Source: an uncultured Streptomycetaceae bacterium (GTDB lineage Bacteria > Pseudomonadota > Gammaproteobacteria > Burkholderiales > SG8-41). Taken from it: 41,320 bases of DNA. The stretch covers positions 1 through 41,320 of the forward strand of contig CAYSRR010000002.1 in assembly GCA_964433375.1 (NCBI GenBank), read 5' to 3'. Under the pieces are notes generated by a model. It was given only the letters and a program-made list of their open reading frames with translations, did not search any database and was not told the origin of the DNA. The position numbers and the translations under genes are program-made. Shown piece by piece: positions 19,239 through 28,992 of the stretch. Positions within the stretch are counted from its first letter, which is position 1. Each line of letters begins with the position of its first letter.

Positions 19239-20270
19239 AGCGCGGGTTTCGCGGCGAGGCTCACTGCCTGGCAGAAGAAGCACGGCCGCCACGACCTGCC
19301 GTGGCAGGGCACGCACGACCCGTATGCCATCTGGCTGTCGGAGATCATGCTGCAGCAGACCCAGGTCGCGACCGTCATCCCGTATTACAACCGCTTTCTC
19401 GCGCGCTTCCCGGACATTGCTGCGCTGGCCGCGGCGCCGCTCGACGAGGTGCTGAGGCTGTGGAGCGGCCTCGGCTACTACTCCCGCGCGCGCAATCTGT
19501 ACGGTGCGGCGCAGGAGATCGTGTCGGCGCACGGCGGGCGTTTCCCGGGGAAGCTCGAGGCAGTGGCGGCGCTGCCGGGCATCGGCCGGTCCACCGCCGC
19601 GGCGATCTGCGTGTTCGCGTACGGCGCGCGCCACGCCATCCTCGACGGCAACGTCAAGCGCGTGCTGGCGCGTTTCCGGGGCATCCGGGGCTACCCCGGG
19701 GAGAAGAAGGTCGCGGACGCATTGTGGCGCGAGGCGGAGCGGTTGCTGCCCCGGCGCGGAATCGAGGCCTATACCCAGGGGCTGATGGATCTGGGCGCGA
19801 CGGTCTGCACGCGCGCGAGACCGCGCTGCGCCGAGTGCCCGGTGCACGGCGACTGCGTCGCGCTGCGCCGCGGCTGGGTCGCGAAACTGCCGGGTGCGCG
19901 TCCGCGCAAAAAGCGCCCGCACAAGCGCACGGCCATGCTGGTGCTGACCCGTGCCGGCGAGGTGTTGCTGGAGAAGCGTCCCCCGGCCGGCATCTGGGGC
20001 GGCATGTGGTGCCTGCCGGAAGCGCCCCTCAGGTCCGACATCGAGGCGGCCTGTCTCAAACGCTTCGGCGCGCACGTGACCGAGATCGAGGCGCTGGAGA
20101 CCATCGCGCACGGCTTCACGCATTTCAGCCTGGACATCCACCCGCTGCGCGTGAAGGTGTCGGCGTTGGTGCCCGGCGCGTCCGAGCCCGGCCTGGTATG
20201 GCTGCCATTCGAGGAGGCGCGCGGCGCGGCGATCCCGGCGCCGGTGCGGCGCATACTCGCTGCGCTTTAA
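19236..20270 (+). CDS. mutY: A/G-specific adenine DNA glycosylase
   Basis: LPWQGTHDPYAIWLSEIMLQQTQV, HhH-GPD region, 4Fe-4S cluster CxxxxxxCxxCxxxxxC (CTRARPRCAECPVHGDC), NUDIX-like C-terminal domain. Confidence 0.93.
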   Translation: MSAGFAARLTAWQKKHGRHDLPWQGTHDPYAIWLSEIMLQQTQVATVIPYYNRFLARFPDIAALAAAPLDEVLRLWSGLGYYSRARNLYGAAQEIVSAHGGRFPGKLEAVAALPGIGRSTAAAICVFAYGARHAILDGNVKRVLARFRGIRGYPGEKKVADALWREAERLLPRRGIEAYTQGLMDLGATVCTRARPRCAECPVHGDCVALRRGWVAKLPGARPRKKRPHKRTAMLVLTRAGEVLLEKRPPAGIWGGMWCLPEAPLRSDIEAACLKRFGAHVTEIEALETIAHGFTHFSLDIHPLRVKVSALVPGASEPGLVWLPFEEARGAAIPAPVRRILAAL

Positions 20271-20274
20271 GGCT

Positions 20275-20320
20275 GGAAATAGCCGCCAAGACGCCAAGGC
20301 GCCAAGAGAACCTGAATCAG
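20275..20320. repeat. Left arm, GCCAAGAC-type element
   Basis: gaaatagccgccaagacgccaaggcgccaagagaacctgaatcag. Confidence 0.8.
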
Positions 20321-20501
20321 TCCAAAAGGCAGATCACTTCGTGTGGATGAAGCTTGCCCTTATCCAGTAAGGCAGCGAGAAGGTATACCTGACAGAATCT
20401 TTCGTGGTGAAGACACCCTTTTCAAGCCTCAGTCGAAGCAGGTCGGCGAATCGTTCCAGGGTGTGCTCGATAGACGTTGTTGTTGTATCTACTTGTGCAT
20501 G

Positions 20502-20537
20502 GATTTTCTTGGCGCCTTGGCGCCTAATTCAGGTTTT
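20502..20537. repeat. Right arm, GCCAAGAC-type element
   Basis: gattttcttggcgccttggcgcctaattcaggtttt. It abuts the stop codon of the minus-strand thioredoxin-like gene. Confidence 0.8.
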
Positions 20538-21574
20538 CACCATAGCTCGACGCGGCCGCCGGCGGCGCGGATGCGCTCCGCGCGCGCCTGCAGGTAGCGC
20601 TGGAAGCTCGGTTCCTTGAGGTAGGCGCCGCTCGCGACGTAGTCGAGGCTGGATTCGAGGTGGAACGGCCGCAGGTAGGCTTCCACGCGGAAAATTTCCC
20701 GGCCGCCGGCATCGAAGAACACGAGGGTCGGGGTGTAGGCGACCTTCAGCTCGCGCCCCCATTGCTCTGCCGTGAGCGGCTTGCCCCGCGGCGTGACCAG
20801 CCGCTCCTTCCCGAACAGCTCGACCCGCGCCATGTCGAACTTGCCGATGAGCGCGCGCACGGCGGGGGCGCTGAAGCCCTGCTGGTGCAGCTCGTCGCAG
20901 GCGGAGCACTGCTTCTGCTCGAACAGCACGGCGAGCGGCCGTGCGGCGGGCTTGCGCGAGCGGTCGAGGTCGAGCGGCGCTTTCAGAAAGAAGGGCTGGT
21001 CGTGCAGCTTGCCGCTCGCCGGCGCGCGCGCGTGCCGCGCGAGGTAATCGGAAAAAGCGGACTTGCTTTCGTGCCGTCCGGCCACGTAGTCGAGGGCGGC
21101 GTGCAACTGGTACGCGGGATAGAACCCGTTCAGGCGCAACACAACGGCGCCTTTCTCGTCGAAGAACAGCAGCGTCGGCGTGAACTGCACCTTGAGCCGG
21201 GCCGCGAGCGCCTTCTCGGCCAGCGGCTTGCCGTCGGTCCAGATGGTCTCGCGGTCGCCCCAGACGTTGATGGCGACGGCGTGGAAATGGCGCCGGACCT
21301 TGTCGGCGATGTCCTTCTGGCGGAAGCTGACTTGCATCAGCTCGCGGCAGTAGGGACAGCCGTCCTGCCCGAAATAGACCATCAGGCGCTTGCCGTCCTT
21401 CGCCGCCTCGCGCACGTCCTCGCGGAAATCGAGGAAGGTTTCCCGGAACCACGGGGGAATGTCGATCGCGTGCGGGCTGGGATTGAACGACGGCGTTGCT
21501 GCCACGGACGGCGCCGGCATGGCCAGGAACATCACCTGCAGCAACGCCGTAATAAGGGAAAGCGGAAGCGACAT
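20537..21574 (-). CDS. Periplasmic protein with two thioredoxin-like domains
   Basis: Signal peptide. Two CxxC motifs in Trx-fold context (GQDGCPYCREL and EQKQCSACDEL). Confidence 0.75.
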   Translation of the reverse strand: MSLPLSLITALLQVMFLAMPAPSVAATPSFNPSPHAIDIPPWFRETFLDFREDVREAAKDGKRLMVYFGQDGCPYCRELMQVSFRQKDIADKVRRHFHAVAINVWGDRETIWTDGKPLAEKALAARLKVQFTPTLLFFDEKGAVVLRLNGFYPAYQLHAALDYVAGRHESKSAFSDYLARHARAPASGKLHDQPFFLKAPLDLDRSRKPAARPLAVLFEQKQCSACDELHQQGFSAPAVRALIGKFDMARVELFGKERLVTPRGKPLTAEQWGRELKVAYTPTLVFFDAGGREIFRVEAYLRPFHLESSLDYVASGAYLKEPSFQRYLQARAERIRAAGGRVELW

Positions 21575-21599
21575 GGCGGTCGATATGGGAATTTCCGGC

Positions 21600-22199
21600 C
21601 TACGGCGCGCCGGAAATTCCCTGCTTCACGAGCAGGGCGCGCACCCGCTCGAGCCGCCGGCCGGCGTCGGTGAGCTCCAGCAGCGCCTGCTTTTCGCGCG
21701 CCTCGATCGGCAGCACCTCGGCGAGGCGGTAGCCGAGCCACGCGGCATCGTCGAGGCGCAGCGGGGCCGGGAAACGCTCGGCCCCGACCTTGTCGACGAT
21801 GGCGGCGAGCACCTGGCGGCACAGGGGGTCGTCCGTATCCGTGCCCGTATCGGGCGGGAGGGTCTCGATCGTGGCCGAGATCAGGTTGTTGGGGGCCACG
21901 CGCATTTCGCGGATGCGGAAACGATCGCCGCCGCGCGCGACCAGCTGGAATACCCCGAGCTGGGGCATGTCCCATTGCTCGATGGCGGCGAGGCAGCCGA
22001 CGGGTTCCGGCACGGCTGCGGTGCCGACCTCGCGCCCTTCGCGGATCAGGCACACGCCGAACGGGCGGTTGTCGCGCAGGCAGGCCTTGGTCATCTCGAT
22101 GTAGCGCTGCTCGAACACCTTGAGCGGCAGCAGGCCGCCGGGGAAGAGGACGGTTCCCAGAGGGAAAATATGGATTTCCTGGACGGTGTCGGCCTGCAT
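21600..22199 (-). CDS. LON substrate-binding (N-terminal) domain protein
   Basis: IFPLGTVLFPGGLLPLKVFEQRYIEM is typical of the LON_substr_bdg domain. 199 aa, no ATPase or protease domain. Confidence 0.8.
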   Translation of the reverse strand: MQADTVQEIHIFPLGTVLFPGGLLPLKVFEQRYIEMTKACLRDNRPFGVCLIREGREVGTAAVPEPVGCLAAIEQWDMPQLGVFQLVARGGDRFRIREMRVAPNNLISATIETLPPDTGTDTDDPLCRQVLAAIVDKVGAERFPAPLRLDDAAWLGYRLAEVLPIEAREKQALLELTDAGRRLERVRALLVKQGISGAP

Positions 22200-22208
22200 G
22201 CGGTTCCT

Positions 22209-22331
22209 GTCGTGAATCGCCTATCGTGAATCGCAAATCGTTAATCGTGAAACGTATCTCGAAAGACCGGATGCGGCCGATTTACGTTTTACGAACCCCA
22301 CTCTATCCCTCCCCCTTGGCAAGGGGGAGGG
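22209..22331. repeat. Composite repeat: TCGTGAATCG tandem tract plus perfect hairpin ccctcccccttggcaagggggaggg
   Basis: tcgtgaatcgcctatcgtgaatcgcaaatcgttaatcgtgaaacg with weak partner cgatttacgttttacga, then a 12-bp perfect stem at 22307-22331. Confidence 0.8.
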
Positions 22332-22342
22332 TTGGGAGGGGG

Positions 22343-23182
22343 TTACGCCTTCAACTCGCGGTGCCTGAGCAGCACCTGTCCCCGCCCGCGGAATGCGCGC
22401 ACCAGCATCTCGACCAGGTAGACCGAGCGGTGCTGCCCGCCGGTGCAGCCGATCGCCACGGTGAGATAGCTGCGATTGTCCTTGTCGAAGGCGGGCAGCC
22501 AGTCGGCGACGAAGCGCCGGATGTCCTCGAGCATCTTCTTCGCCGCCGGGTCGGCGCCGAGAAACTCGGCCACGGCCGGGTGGCGGCCGGTGAGGGGCTG
22601 CAGCCGCGGGTCGTAGTTGGGGTTGGGCAGGCAGCGCACGTCGAACACGAGGTCGGCGTTGAGCGGCACGCCGTGCTTGAAGCCGAAGGATTCGAACAGC
22701 AGCGTGAGGCCCGCGTGCGGCAGGCCGACGACGTCCTTGACCCAGCCGCGCAGGGCGTTGGGGCCGATGTCGCTGGTGTCCATGCGATGGGAGATGTCGG
22801 TGATGACGGCCAGCAAGCCGCGCTCGTGCTCGATGCATTCGGTCAGGGTCCGCTTGCCGTCCGCCAGCGGGTGGCGCCGCCGCGTCTCGGAAAAACGCTT
22901 GATGAGCGTGTCGGTCTTGGCTTCGAGGAACAGCACCCGCACGTCGTGTCCGAGGCGGCGGAAATCCGCGAGCTGGGCGGGCAGGCTGGCGAGCTCGTCG
23001 GCCGAACGCATGTCGATGCTGAGGGCCACCCGTTCCTGCTGGTCCGCGGTCAGCAGCTCCACCGTCTGCCGCAGCAGCTTCAGCGGCAGGTTGTCCACGT
23101 AATAGTAGCCGCTGTCCTCGAGCACGTTGAGCGCCACGCTCTTGCCCGAGCCCGAGAGGCCGGTGATGAGGGTCAGCTGCAT
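22343..23182 (-). CDS. rapZ: RNase adapter protein RapZ (YhbJ)
   Basis: [33 protein letters not shown] and C-terminal [10 protein letters not shown]. Confidence 0.93.
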   Translation of the reverse strand: MQLTLITGLSGSGKSVALNVLEDSGYYYVDNLPLKLLRQTVELLTADQQERVALSIDMRSADELASLPAQLADFRRLGHDVRVLFLEAKTDTLIKRFSETRRRHPLADGKRTLTECIEHERGLLAVITDISHRMDTSDIGPNALRGWVKDVVGLPHAGLTLLFESFGFKHGVPLNADLVFDVRCLPNPNYDPRLQPLTGRHPAVAEFLGADPAAKKMLEDIRRFVADWLPAFDKDNRSYLTVAIGCTGGQHRSVYLVEMLVRAFRGRGQVLLRHRELKA

Positions 23183-23195
23183 GATGTCTGCTTTC

Positions 23196-24128
23196 TCAGG
23201 GCTCGCGCTTTTGCATTTGCTCGGCCTGCCGGCCGATGAATTCCTGCGTGCTGTCGAAGCCGCGCAGCTGGAGGACGTAGTTGCGCACAGCCGCCTCGGT
23301 GAGCACCGCGAGGTTGCGGCCGGCGGCCACCGGTATCGTCACCTTGCGGATGTCCACGTCCATGATGTTCTCGGAGCCCGCGTTGAGCGGCAGCCGTTCC
23401 ATCCGCTCCGCCGGCTTGCCAAGGTGCACGATGAGCTTCACGTTCTTGCGCGGGCGCAGCGCCGCCTCGCCGAAGATGGTGCGGATGTTGAGCACGCCGA
23501 GGCCCCGGACCTCGAGGAAGTCCTTGAGCAGCGCGGGACAGCGCCCTTCCACCGTCTCGGGCCCGATGCGGTAGAGTTCGACCACGTCGTCGGCGATGAG
23601 GCCGCTGCCGCGGCTGATCAGTTCCAGCGCCAGCTCGCTCTTGCCCACGCCCGAGTCGCCGGTGATGAGCACGCCCATGCCGAGCACGTCGAGGAGCACG
23701 CCGTGGGCGGTGGTGCTCTCCGCCAGCGCGCGCGCGAGATAGGGGCGCAGCATCCACATCAGCTCGACGCTGGCCACGGGGGAACGGAGCAGGGGCGTGT
23801 CCGAGGATTCGGCGATCTCGGCGAGCGGTTGCGGCATCTGCTCGACGCCGGCCACGATGAAACAGGCGGGAGCCCGGGCCGCCGCCTGGGCGAGCACCGA
23901 ACGGCGGCCCGCGTCGTCCAGCCCGTTCAGGTAGGTGGCTTCGGAGGCGCCCAGCACCTGGATCAGGTTGGGGTGGATGACGTTGAGGTGGCCGATCAGC
24001 CCCTGGGAGGAATCCTTGGTGAACTCGCTGTTCAGCGCCTTGGCGCCGCCGCCGCGCCCGGCGAGCCAGTCCAGCCGGAGCTTCTCCCGGTTGTCCTCAA
24101 ACAGCCGGGCTATGCTGACCTGCGGCAT
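23196..24128 (-). CDS. hprK: HPr kinase/phosphorylase
   Basis: [20 protein letters not shown] Walker A and LEVRGLG signature. Confidence 0.92.
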   Translation of the reverse strand: MPQVSIARLFEDNREKLRLDWLAGRGGGAKALNSEFTKDSSQGLIGHLNVIHPNLIQVLGASEATYLNGLDDAGRRSVLAQAAARAPACFIVAGVEQMPQPLAEIAESSDTPLLRSPVASVELMWMLRPYLARALAESTTAHGVLLDVLGMGVLITGDSGVGKSELALELISRGSGLIADDVVELYRIGPETVEGRCPALLKDFLEVRGLGVLNIRTIFGEAALRPRKNVKLIVHLGKPAERMERLPLNAGSENIMDVDIRKVTIPVAAGRNLAVLTEAAVRNYVLQLRGFDSTQEFIGRQAEQMQKREP

Positions 24129-24582
24129 GGGGTTGCCATTGTTTGATCAGCTCGTGCAATTCGGGCGCGCCGGGCGCCGCCAGCAGCTTTTCGCGGAACG
24201 TCTTGTCGCTGAACATCTGCGCCAGCTCGGAGAGGATCTGCAGGTGCATGTCGGTGGCGCGGTCGGGCACCAGCAGCACGAAAACCAGGGCGACCGGCTG
24301 GCCGTCCGGCGCGTCGAAGGGGATGGCCGTCTGCAAGCGCACCAGCGCGCCGAGCGCCTCTTTCAGCCCCTTGATCCGCCCGTGCGGGATCGCTACGCCC
24401 TGGCCGAGCCCGGTGGAGCCGAGTTTCTCGCGCGCGAACAGGCTGTCGAACACCTGGGCCCGCGCGATCTGGTGGCTGTTCTCGAACAGCAGGCCGACCT
24501 GCTCGAACACGCGCTTCTTGCTGCTCACGTCGAGGTCGACGATCACGTTGGATGGCGGCAGCAGCTTGGAGATCAGGTTCAT
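24097..24582 (-). CDS. ptsN: PTS IIA-like nitrogen regulatory protein
   Basis: GLGQGVAIPHGR phosphorylation-site motif. Position between hpf and hprK. Confidence 0.9.
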   Translation of the reverse strand: MNLISKLLPPSNVIVDLDVSSKKRVFEQVGLLFENSHQIARAQVFDSLFAREKLGSTGLGQGVAIPHGRIKGLKEALGALVRLQTAIPFDAPDGQPVALVFVLLVPDRATDMHLQILSELAQMFSDKTFREKLLAAPGAPELHELIKQWQPHAAGQHSPAV

Positions 24583-24622
24583 GTTCCGGTCCTGAAGTGG
24601 CGGTACACGCGCGACACCGGCG

Positions 24623-24949
24623 TCATTCGCCGGACAGTCGCTTCAATGCGTCGTCGTCGTGACGGTGCGCGAGGGATTTTCCCTTGTGCTTCAGCACGGC
24701 GCGGTCGAGCTTGTCCACCAGGCCGTCGATGGCGGCGTACATGTCGTCCGCCGCGCTTTCGCAGAAGATTTCCTTGCCGCGCACGTGGACGCTGGCCTCG
24801 ACCTTCTGCCGCAGCTTCTCGACCGTGAGGATAACGTTGACGTCGATCACGTGGTCGAAGTGGTGCGTGATACGGGCGAGCTTGCTCGACACGTAGTCGC
24901 GCAGGGCGGGCGTGATCTCGATGTGATGGCCGTTCAGGTGCAGGTTCAT
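24623..24949 (-). CDS. hpf: Ribosome hibernation promoting factor (sigma54 modulation protein)
   Basis: MNLHLNGHHIEITPALRDYV... Lies downstream of rpoN. Confidence 0.9.
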   Translation of the reverse strand: MNLHLNGHHIEITPALRDYVSSKLARITHHFDHVIDVNVILTVEKLRQKVEASVHVRGKEIFCESAADDMYAAIDGLVDKLDRAVLKHKGKSLAHRHDDDALKRLSGE

Positions 24950-24965
24950 GCGCGTCTCCCGGATG

Positions 24966-26408
24966 TTAAAGGGATTTTCTCAGATTGACCGGCAGGATCT
25001 GCATGGATTCGCGGTACTTGGCGACGGTGCGCCGGGCGACCATGATGCCCTGCTGGGAGAGGATTTCGGAAATCTGCCCGTCGGACAAAGGCTTGCGCCC
25101 GTTTTCCGCCGACACCAGCTGCTTGATCAGGGCCCGGATCGCGGTGCTGGAGGCGGAGCCGCCGGCCTCGGTGGTGACGTGGCTGCCGAAGAAATACTTG
25201 AGCTCGAATATGCCGCGCGGGGTGTGCATGAACTTCTGCGTGGTGACGCGCGACACGGTGGATTCGTGGAGATCGAGCGTGTCCGCGATCTCGCGCAGCA
25301 CCAGCGGGCGCATCGCGACCTCGCCGTGCTCGAAGAAATGCCGCTGGCGGTCGACGATGGCCTGCGACACGCGCAGTATCGTGTCGAAGCGCTGCTGCAC
25401 GTTCTTGATCAGCCACTTGGCTTCCTGCAGCTGGCTGGTGAGCTGCTGCGAGGAGGCATTGCGGTTGCGCTGCAGGATTTCCGCATAAAGGCGGTTGATC
25501 CTCAGCCTGGGCATCGCGTCCGGGTTGAGCGCCGCGATCCATACCCCCTTGACCTTCTTCACGATGACGTCGGGCACGACGTAGCGCGTTTCCTCGGAGG
25601 AAAAGCTGCGCCCCGGCTTGGGGTTCAGGCAGGTGATCAGCTTCTGCACTTCGCGCAGCGTCGCGTCTTCGCAGCGCAGCAGCTTCTTCAGCCGCGAGAA
25701 GTCGCGCGCCGCCAGCGCCTCCAGGTGGTTCTTCGTCGTCTCCAGCGCTTCCGCGAGGTGCGGGGTGCCCCTGGGCAGCGCGGCGAGCTGCAGCGTCAGG
25801 CACTCGGAGAGGCTCCGCGCGCCGACCCCGGCGGGCTCGAGGTTCTGCAGGTGCCTGAGGGCGATCTGCAACTCGTCCAGCTCGATTTCGAGCTCGGGCG
25901 GCAGGGTCGCCGTCAGCTCTTCCAGGCTCTGGGGCAGGTAGCCGTCGTCGTCGAGCGAGTCGATCAGCAGGCCGACCAGCCTGCTGTCGCGCTCGGGCAG
26001 ATTGGTGAGCGACAGCTGCGTCAGCAGGTGCGCGCGCAGCGTGGGGGCGTCCTCCGCGACCTGCTGGTATTCGCCGTCCTCATCGGTGTCGCGGTACGCG
26101 GAAGCGGGCGCGTCGTCCATCGCGCTGTAATCGTTGTTCTCGTTTTCGGCCGGCGCGGAGTCGGCCGGCGAGGCCTCCGCAGCTTCCGCGGATGGTGAGG
26201 CATCGGTTGCCGGCGGCGGGGCCTCCCCCGCGGTGACCGGGTACTCCCGGGCCTCGTCGTCGCGCTCGAGCAGCGGGTTGTCCTGCAGGATGCGTTCGAG
26301 TTCCTGGTTCAGTTCCAGCGTGGACAGCTGCAGCAACCGGATCGATTGCTGCAGTTGCGGGGTGAGCGTGAGGTGCTGGGACAGCCGGAGCTGTAGCGAA
26401 TGCTTCAT
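24966..26408 (-). CDS. rpoN: RNA polymerase sigma-54 factor
   Basis: MKHSLQLRLSQHLTLTPQLQQSIRLLQLS N-terminus and RpoN box ARRTVAKYRE. Confidence 0.97.
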   Translation of the reverse strand: MKHSLQLRLSQHLTLTPQLQQSIRLLQLSTLELNQELERILQDNPLLERDDEAREYPVTAGEAPPPATDASPSAEAAEASPADSAPAENENNDYSAMDDAPASAYRDTDEDGEYQQVAEDAPTLRAHLLTQLSLTNLPERDSRLVGLLIDSLDDDGYLPQSLEELTATLPPELEIELDELQIALRHLQNLEPAGVGARSLSECLTLQLAALPRGTPHLAEALETTKNHLEALAARDFSRLKKLLRCEDATLREVQKLITCLNPKPGRSFSSEETRYVVPDVIVKKVKGVWIAALNPDAMPRLRINRLYAEILQRNRNASSQQLTSQLQEAKWLIKNVQQRFDTILRVSQAIVDRQRHFFEHGEVAMRPLVLREIADTLDLHESTVSRVTTQKFMHTPRGIFELKYFFGSHVTTEAGGSASSTAIRALIKQLVSAENGRKPLSDGQISEILSQQGIMVARRTVAKYRESMQILPVNLRKSL

Positions 26409-26440
26409 GCCGGTGGGGGATGGGAGCGGGTGAAGGCTGA

Positions 26441-27241
26441 CTAGAGCCGGAAATGCTCGCCGAGGTACACCTTTCTTACACTTTCATTATAAACGATTTC
26501 CTCGGGCTTGCCGTACGCCAGCACGCCCCCGTCGTTGATGATGTAGGCGCGATCGCAGATACCGAGAGTCTCTCTCACATTGTGGTCGGTGATCAGCACG
26601 CCGATGCCGCGCTCCTTGAGAAAGCCGATGATTTTCTGGATATCGAGCACGGCGATCGGGTCCACTCCCGCGAACGGCTCGTCGAGCAGGATGAAGCGCG
26701 GCTCGGTCGCGAGCGCGCGCGCGATTTCCACGCGCCGCCGCTCGCCGCCGGAGAGGCTGATTGCCGGGCTGGCGTGCAGGTGGCCGATGTGAAGGTCGAG
26801 CAGCAGGCTGTCCAGCTTGTTGCCGATTACCTCGGGGTCGTCGTTGTAGAGCTCCAGTATCGCCCGCACGTTCTCGGCCACCGTGAGGCGCCGGAAGATG
26901 GAGGCTTCCTGCGGCAGGTAGGACAGGCCGAGGCGGGCGCGGCTGTGCATCGGCATGTGGGTGAGGCGCGTGCTGTCGAGGTAGAGTTCGCCGCCGTCCA
27001 TCGGCACCAGCCCCACCATCATGTAGAAGCAGGTGGTTTTGCCCGCGCCGTTGGGTCCCAGGAGGCCGATCACCTCGCTGCTGCGGACTTCGAGCGAGAC
27101 GTCCTTCACCACGACGCGCGAACGGTAGCGCTTCTTGAGTCCCTGCGCGCGCAGCTCGTAATGCCGCGCCGTTGCGCCGGCGGGCGCGGCCTGGCCGGCA
27201 TCGTCGGCGACTCTACTTGAGACGGGTGCCGGTTTCTTCAC
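26441..27241 (-). CDS. lptB: LPS export ABC transporter ATP-binding protein
   Basis: Walker [10 protein letters not shown], signature LSGGERRR, Walker B ILLDEP. There is a ~25-aa N-terminal extension overlapping the lptA 3' end, so the start is uncertain. Confidence 0.9.
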   Translation of the reverse strand: MKKPAPVSSRVADDAGQAAPAGATARHYELRAQGLKKRYRSRVVVKDVSLEVRSSEVIGLLGPNGAGKTTCFYMMVGLVPMDGGELYLDSTRLTHMPMHSRARLGLSYLPQEASIFRRLTVAENVRAILELYNDDPEVIGNKLDSLLLDLHIGHLHASPAISLSGGERRRVEIARALATEPRFILLDEPFAGVDPIAVLDIQKIIGFLKERGIGVLITDHNVRETLGICDRAYIINDGGVLAYGKPEEIVYNESVRKVYLGEHFRL

Positions 27242-27809
27242 GCGGGCGGGGGGCGGCTTCGGCGGGTTTGGGGGGAACGGGGGGCGCGGCCGGCGGAGCG
27301 TCGCCCGACCGGGGCTGTATCACCGCGCGCACGCGGCCCCCGGGGCTGCCGGGCGCGGCGGTTTTGGCGCCGCCGGTGACCTGGAAGAACTCGGTCCTGG
27401 CGTCGTAGGAAATGTAGTTCCCGCGCACTTCGTCCGGGCCACGCTTCAGCTGGGCGCGGTTGAACATCTGCAGGGTCTCGATGCGGCTGTCGTACTGGAT
27501 GCGCTCGGCCCAGCCCTCGATGTACTCGTCGTGGCCTTCGCGCTTTTCGCGGAAGGAGGCCAGGTTTCCCCACGTCGTGCCCTGCTTGAAGCCCTCCTTG
27601 TCCTGGTGCACTTCCATGCGGTCGCCGCGGATCTGCAGAGTACCCTGGGTGAGCACGACGTTGCCCTCGAAGATCGCGATCTGCCTGGCGTCATCGATGG
27701 TGACGCGATCGGCTTCCAGGTTGATCGGCTTGGTGCGATCGGCCTTTTCGGCCCACGCCGGCATGGCGAGCGCGGCCGCCACGCACAGGGCGAGCGCGCG
27801 GCCGGCCAT
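27213..27809 (-). CDS. lptA: LPS transport periplasmic protein LptA (OstA-like)
   Basis: Signal peptide [42 protein letters not shown] is an OstA_N pattern. Pro-rich tail. Confidence 0.85.
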   Translation of the reverse strand: MAGRALALCVAAALAMPAWAEKADRTKPINLEADRVTIDDARQIAIFEGNVVLTQGTLQIRGDRMEVHQDKEGFKQGTTWGNLASFREKREGHDEYIEGWAERIQYDSRIETLQMFNRAQLKRGPDEVRGNYISYDARTEFFQVTGGAKTAAPGSPGGRVRAVIQPRSGDAPPAAPPVPPKPAEAAPRPREETGTRLK

Positions 27810-27831
27810 GGCGCGCCGGCGGCCGGCGCGT

Positions 27832-28428
27832 TCAGCGCCGGGTCCGATTGCCGGGCGATCGGTTCGGATCATAGGTTCCCCGCACGTTGGAAAGCAGCTT
27901 GATGACGCGGGTTTCGTTGTCAAGCTCGAAGCCCTCGGCCGTGACCGTGGTCGAGGCGTCAGTGATGGTGACCGTCCGGTCGGTCTTCGCCAGCTTCTCG
28001 TCGGGCATCACGTGCAGGAACGCCGTGCGCACGACCAGCTCGCTGTTCGCGCCGTGGGCAGCGCGCGTCACGCGCACGTTGTCCTGGAAGTACACGTGTT
28101 GCCCGTTCGCCGACACGACGGCTTCCTTCGATGTTACCGTCACCGGCGCCTGCGCCGTGCCGTAGCTGACGAACTTCGGCGCGGTCAGCAGCGTAGTGTC
28201 GCCCTCGGGATAATGCACCATCTTCGCCGCCGATAGCGTGTAGCTCGCCGTTCCCGCCGGGCTCAGGGTCACCGCCGTGAGGCTGTCCACGATGTAATCG
28301 GGATCGTCGCGGCTGCCCCCGGCGTCAGGCTCCACCGGCTGCGTGATCTGATCCAGCCAGAGCGTGAGCGCGGCCAGCATGCCGGCCAGCAACAGGGGCG
28401 CCGCCTTGGTCAGCCGGTCGCCGATCAT
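27832..28428 (-). CDS. lptC: LPS export system protein LptC
   Basis: N-terminal anchor plus beta-jellyroll-like body. ATGA overlap with kdsC. Synteny kdsC-lptC-lptA-lptB. Confidence 0.75.
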   Translation of the reverse strand: MIGDRLTKAAPLLLAGMLAALTLWLDQITQPVEPDAGGSRDDPDYIVDSLTAVTLSPAGTASYTLSAAKMVHYPEGDTTLLTAPKFVSYGTAQAPVTVTSKEAVVSANGQHVYFQDNVRVTRAAHGANSELVVRTAFLHVMPDEKLAKTDRTVTITDASTTVTAEGFELDNETRVIKLLSNVRGTYDPNRSPGNRTRR

Positions 28429-28922
28429 GACGCGCTCCGGGCGTAAAGTATGATTTCGCTCAATTCGCGCACCGCGCCTTCGCCGCCGCGCGCCCGGGTG
28501 ACGTAGTGGGCTTCGCGGCGCACGGACGCCGGGGCGCCCGGGACCGATACCGCCAGCCCGCAGCGTTTCATGACCGGCAGGTCCACCAGGTCGTCCCCGA
28601 CATAAGCACACGCCGTTTCTTCGACGCCGCAGCGGCCGAGCAGTTCCCGGAACGCCGCGAGCTTGTCCGCGACGCCCTGGTACAGGAACTCGATGCCCAG
28701 ATTGCGCGCCCGCGCCTCGACGCAGCCCGAGCGCCGGCTGGTGATGATGGCGAGCGCCAGCCCGTCGTCCTGCAGCATTCTCATACCGTGGCCGTCGTGG
28801 ACGCTGAAGCGCTTCTGCTCCTCTCCCGAGTCCGCGTAATACAGCGCGGCATCGGTCAGCACGCCGTCCACGTCGAACGCCGCCAGCCGGATGTTTCGCG
28901 CGCGGTTATAGATGTCTTGCAT
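28425..28922 (-). CDS. kdsC: KDO 8-phosphate phosphatase
   Basis: HAD motif I FDVDGVLTD, then GDDLVDLP. Confidence 0.9.
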   Translation of the reverse strand: MQDIYNRARNIRLAAFDVDGVLTDAALYYADSGEEQKRFSVHDGHGMRMLQDDGLALAIITSRRSGCVEARARNLGIEFLYQGVADKLAAFRELLGRCGVEETACAYVGDDLVDLPVMKRCGLAVSVPGAPASVRREAHYVTRARGGEGAVRELSEIILYARSAS

Positions 28923-28929
28923 GCGATGG

Positions 28930-28960
28930 TTTCAAGTTTCAAGTCACAAGTTTCAAGTCA
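28930..28960. repeat. TTTCAAGT tandem tract between kdsD and kdsC
   Basis: gtttcaagtttcaagtcacaagtttcaagtc. Confidence 0.7.
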
Positions 28961-28992
28961 AACCTGCCTGATGCCTGTATCTTGTAACTGGT

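Noticed and set aside
26441-27241. Possible novel N-terminal domain on LptB
   Set aside because: The 25-aa extension is low-complexity and overlaps the lptA 3' end. It is most likely start-codon ambiguity, and no in-frame ATG alternative is visible.
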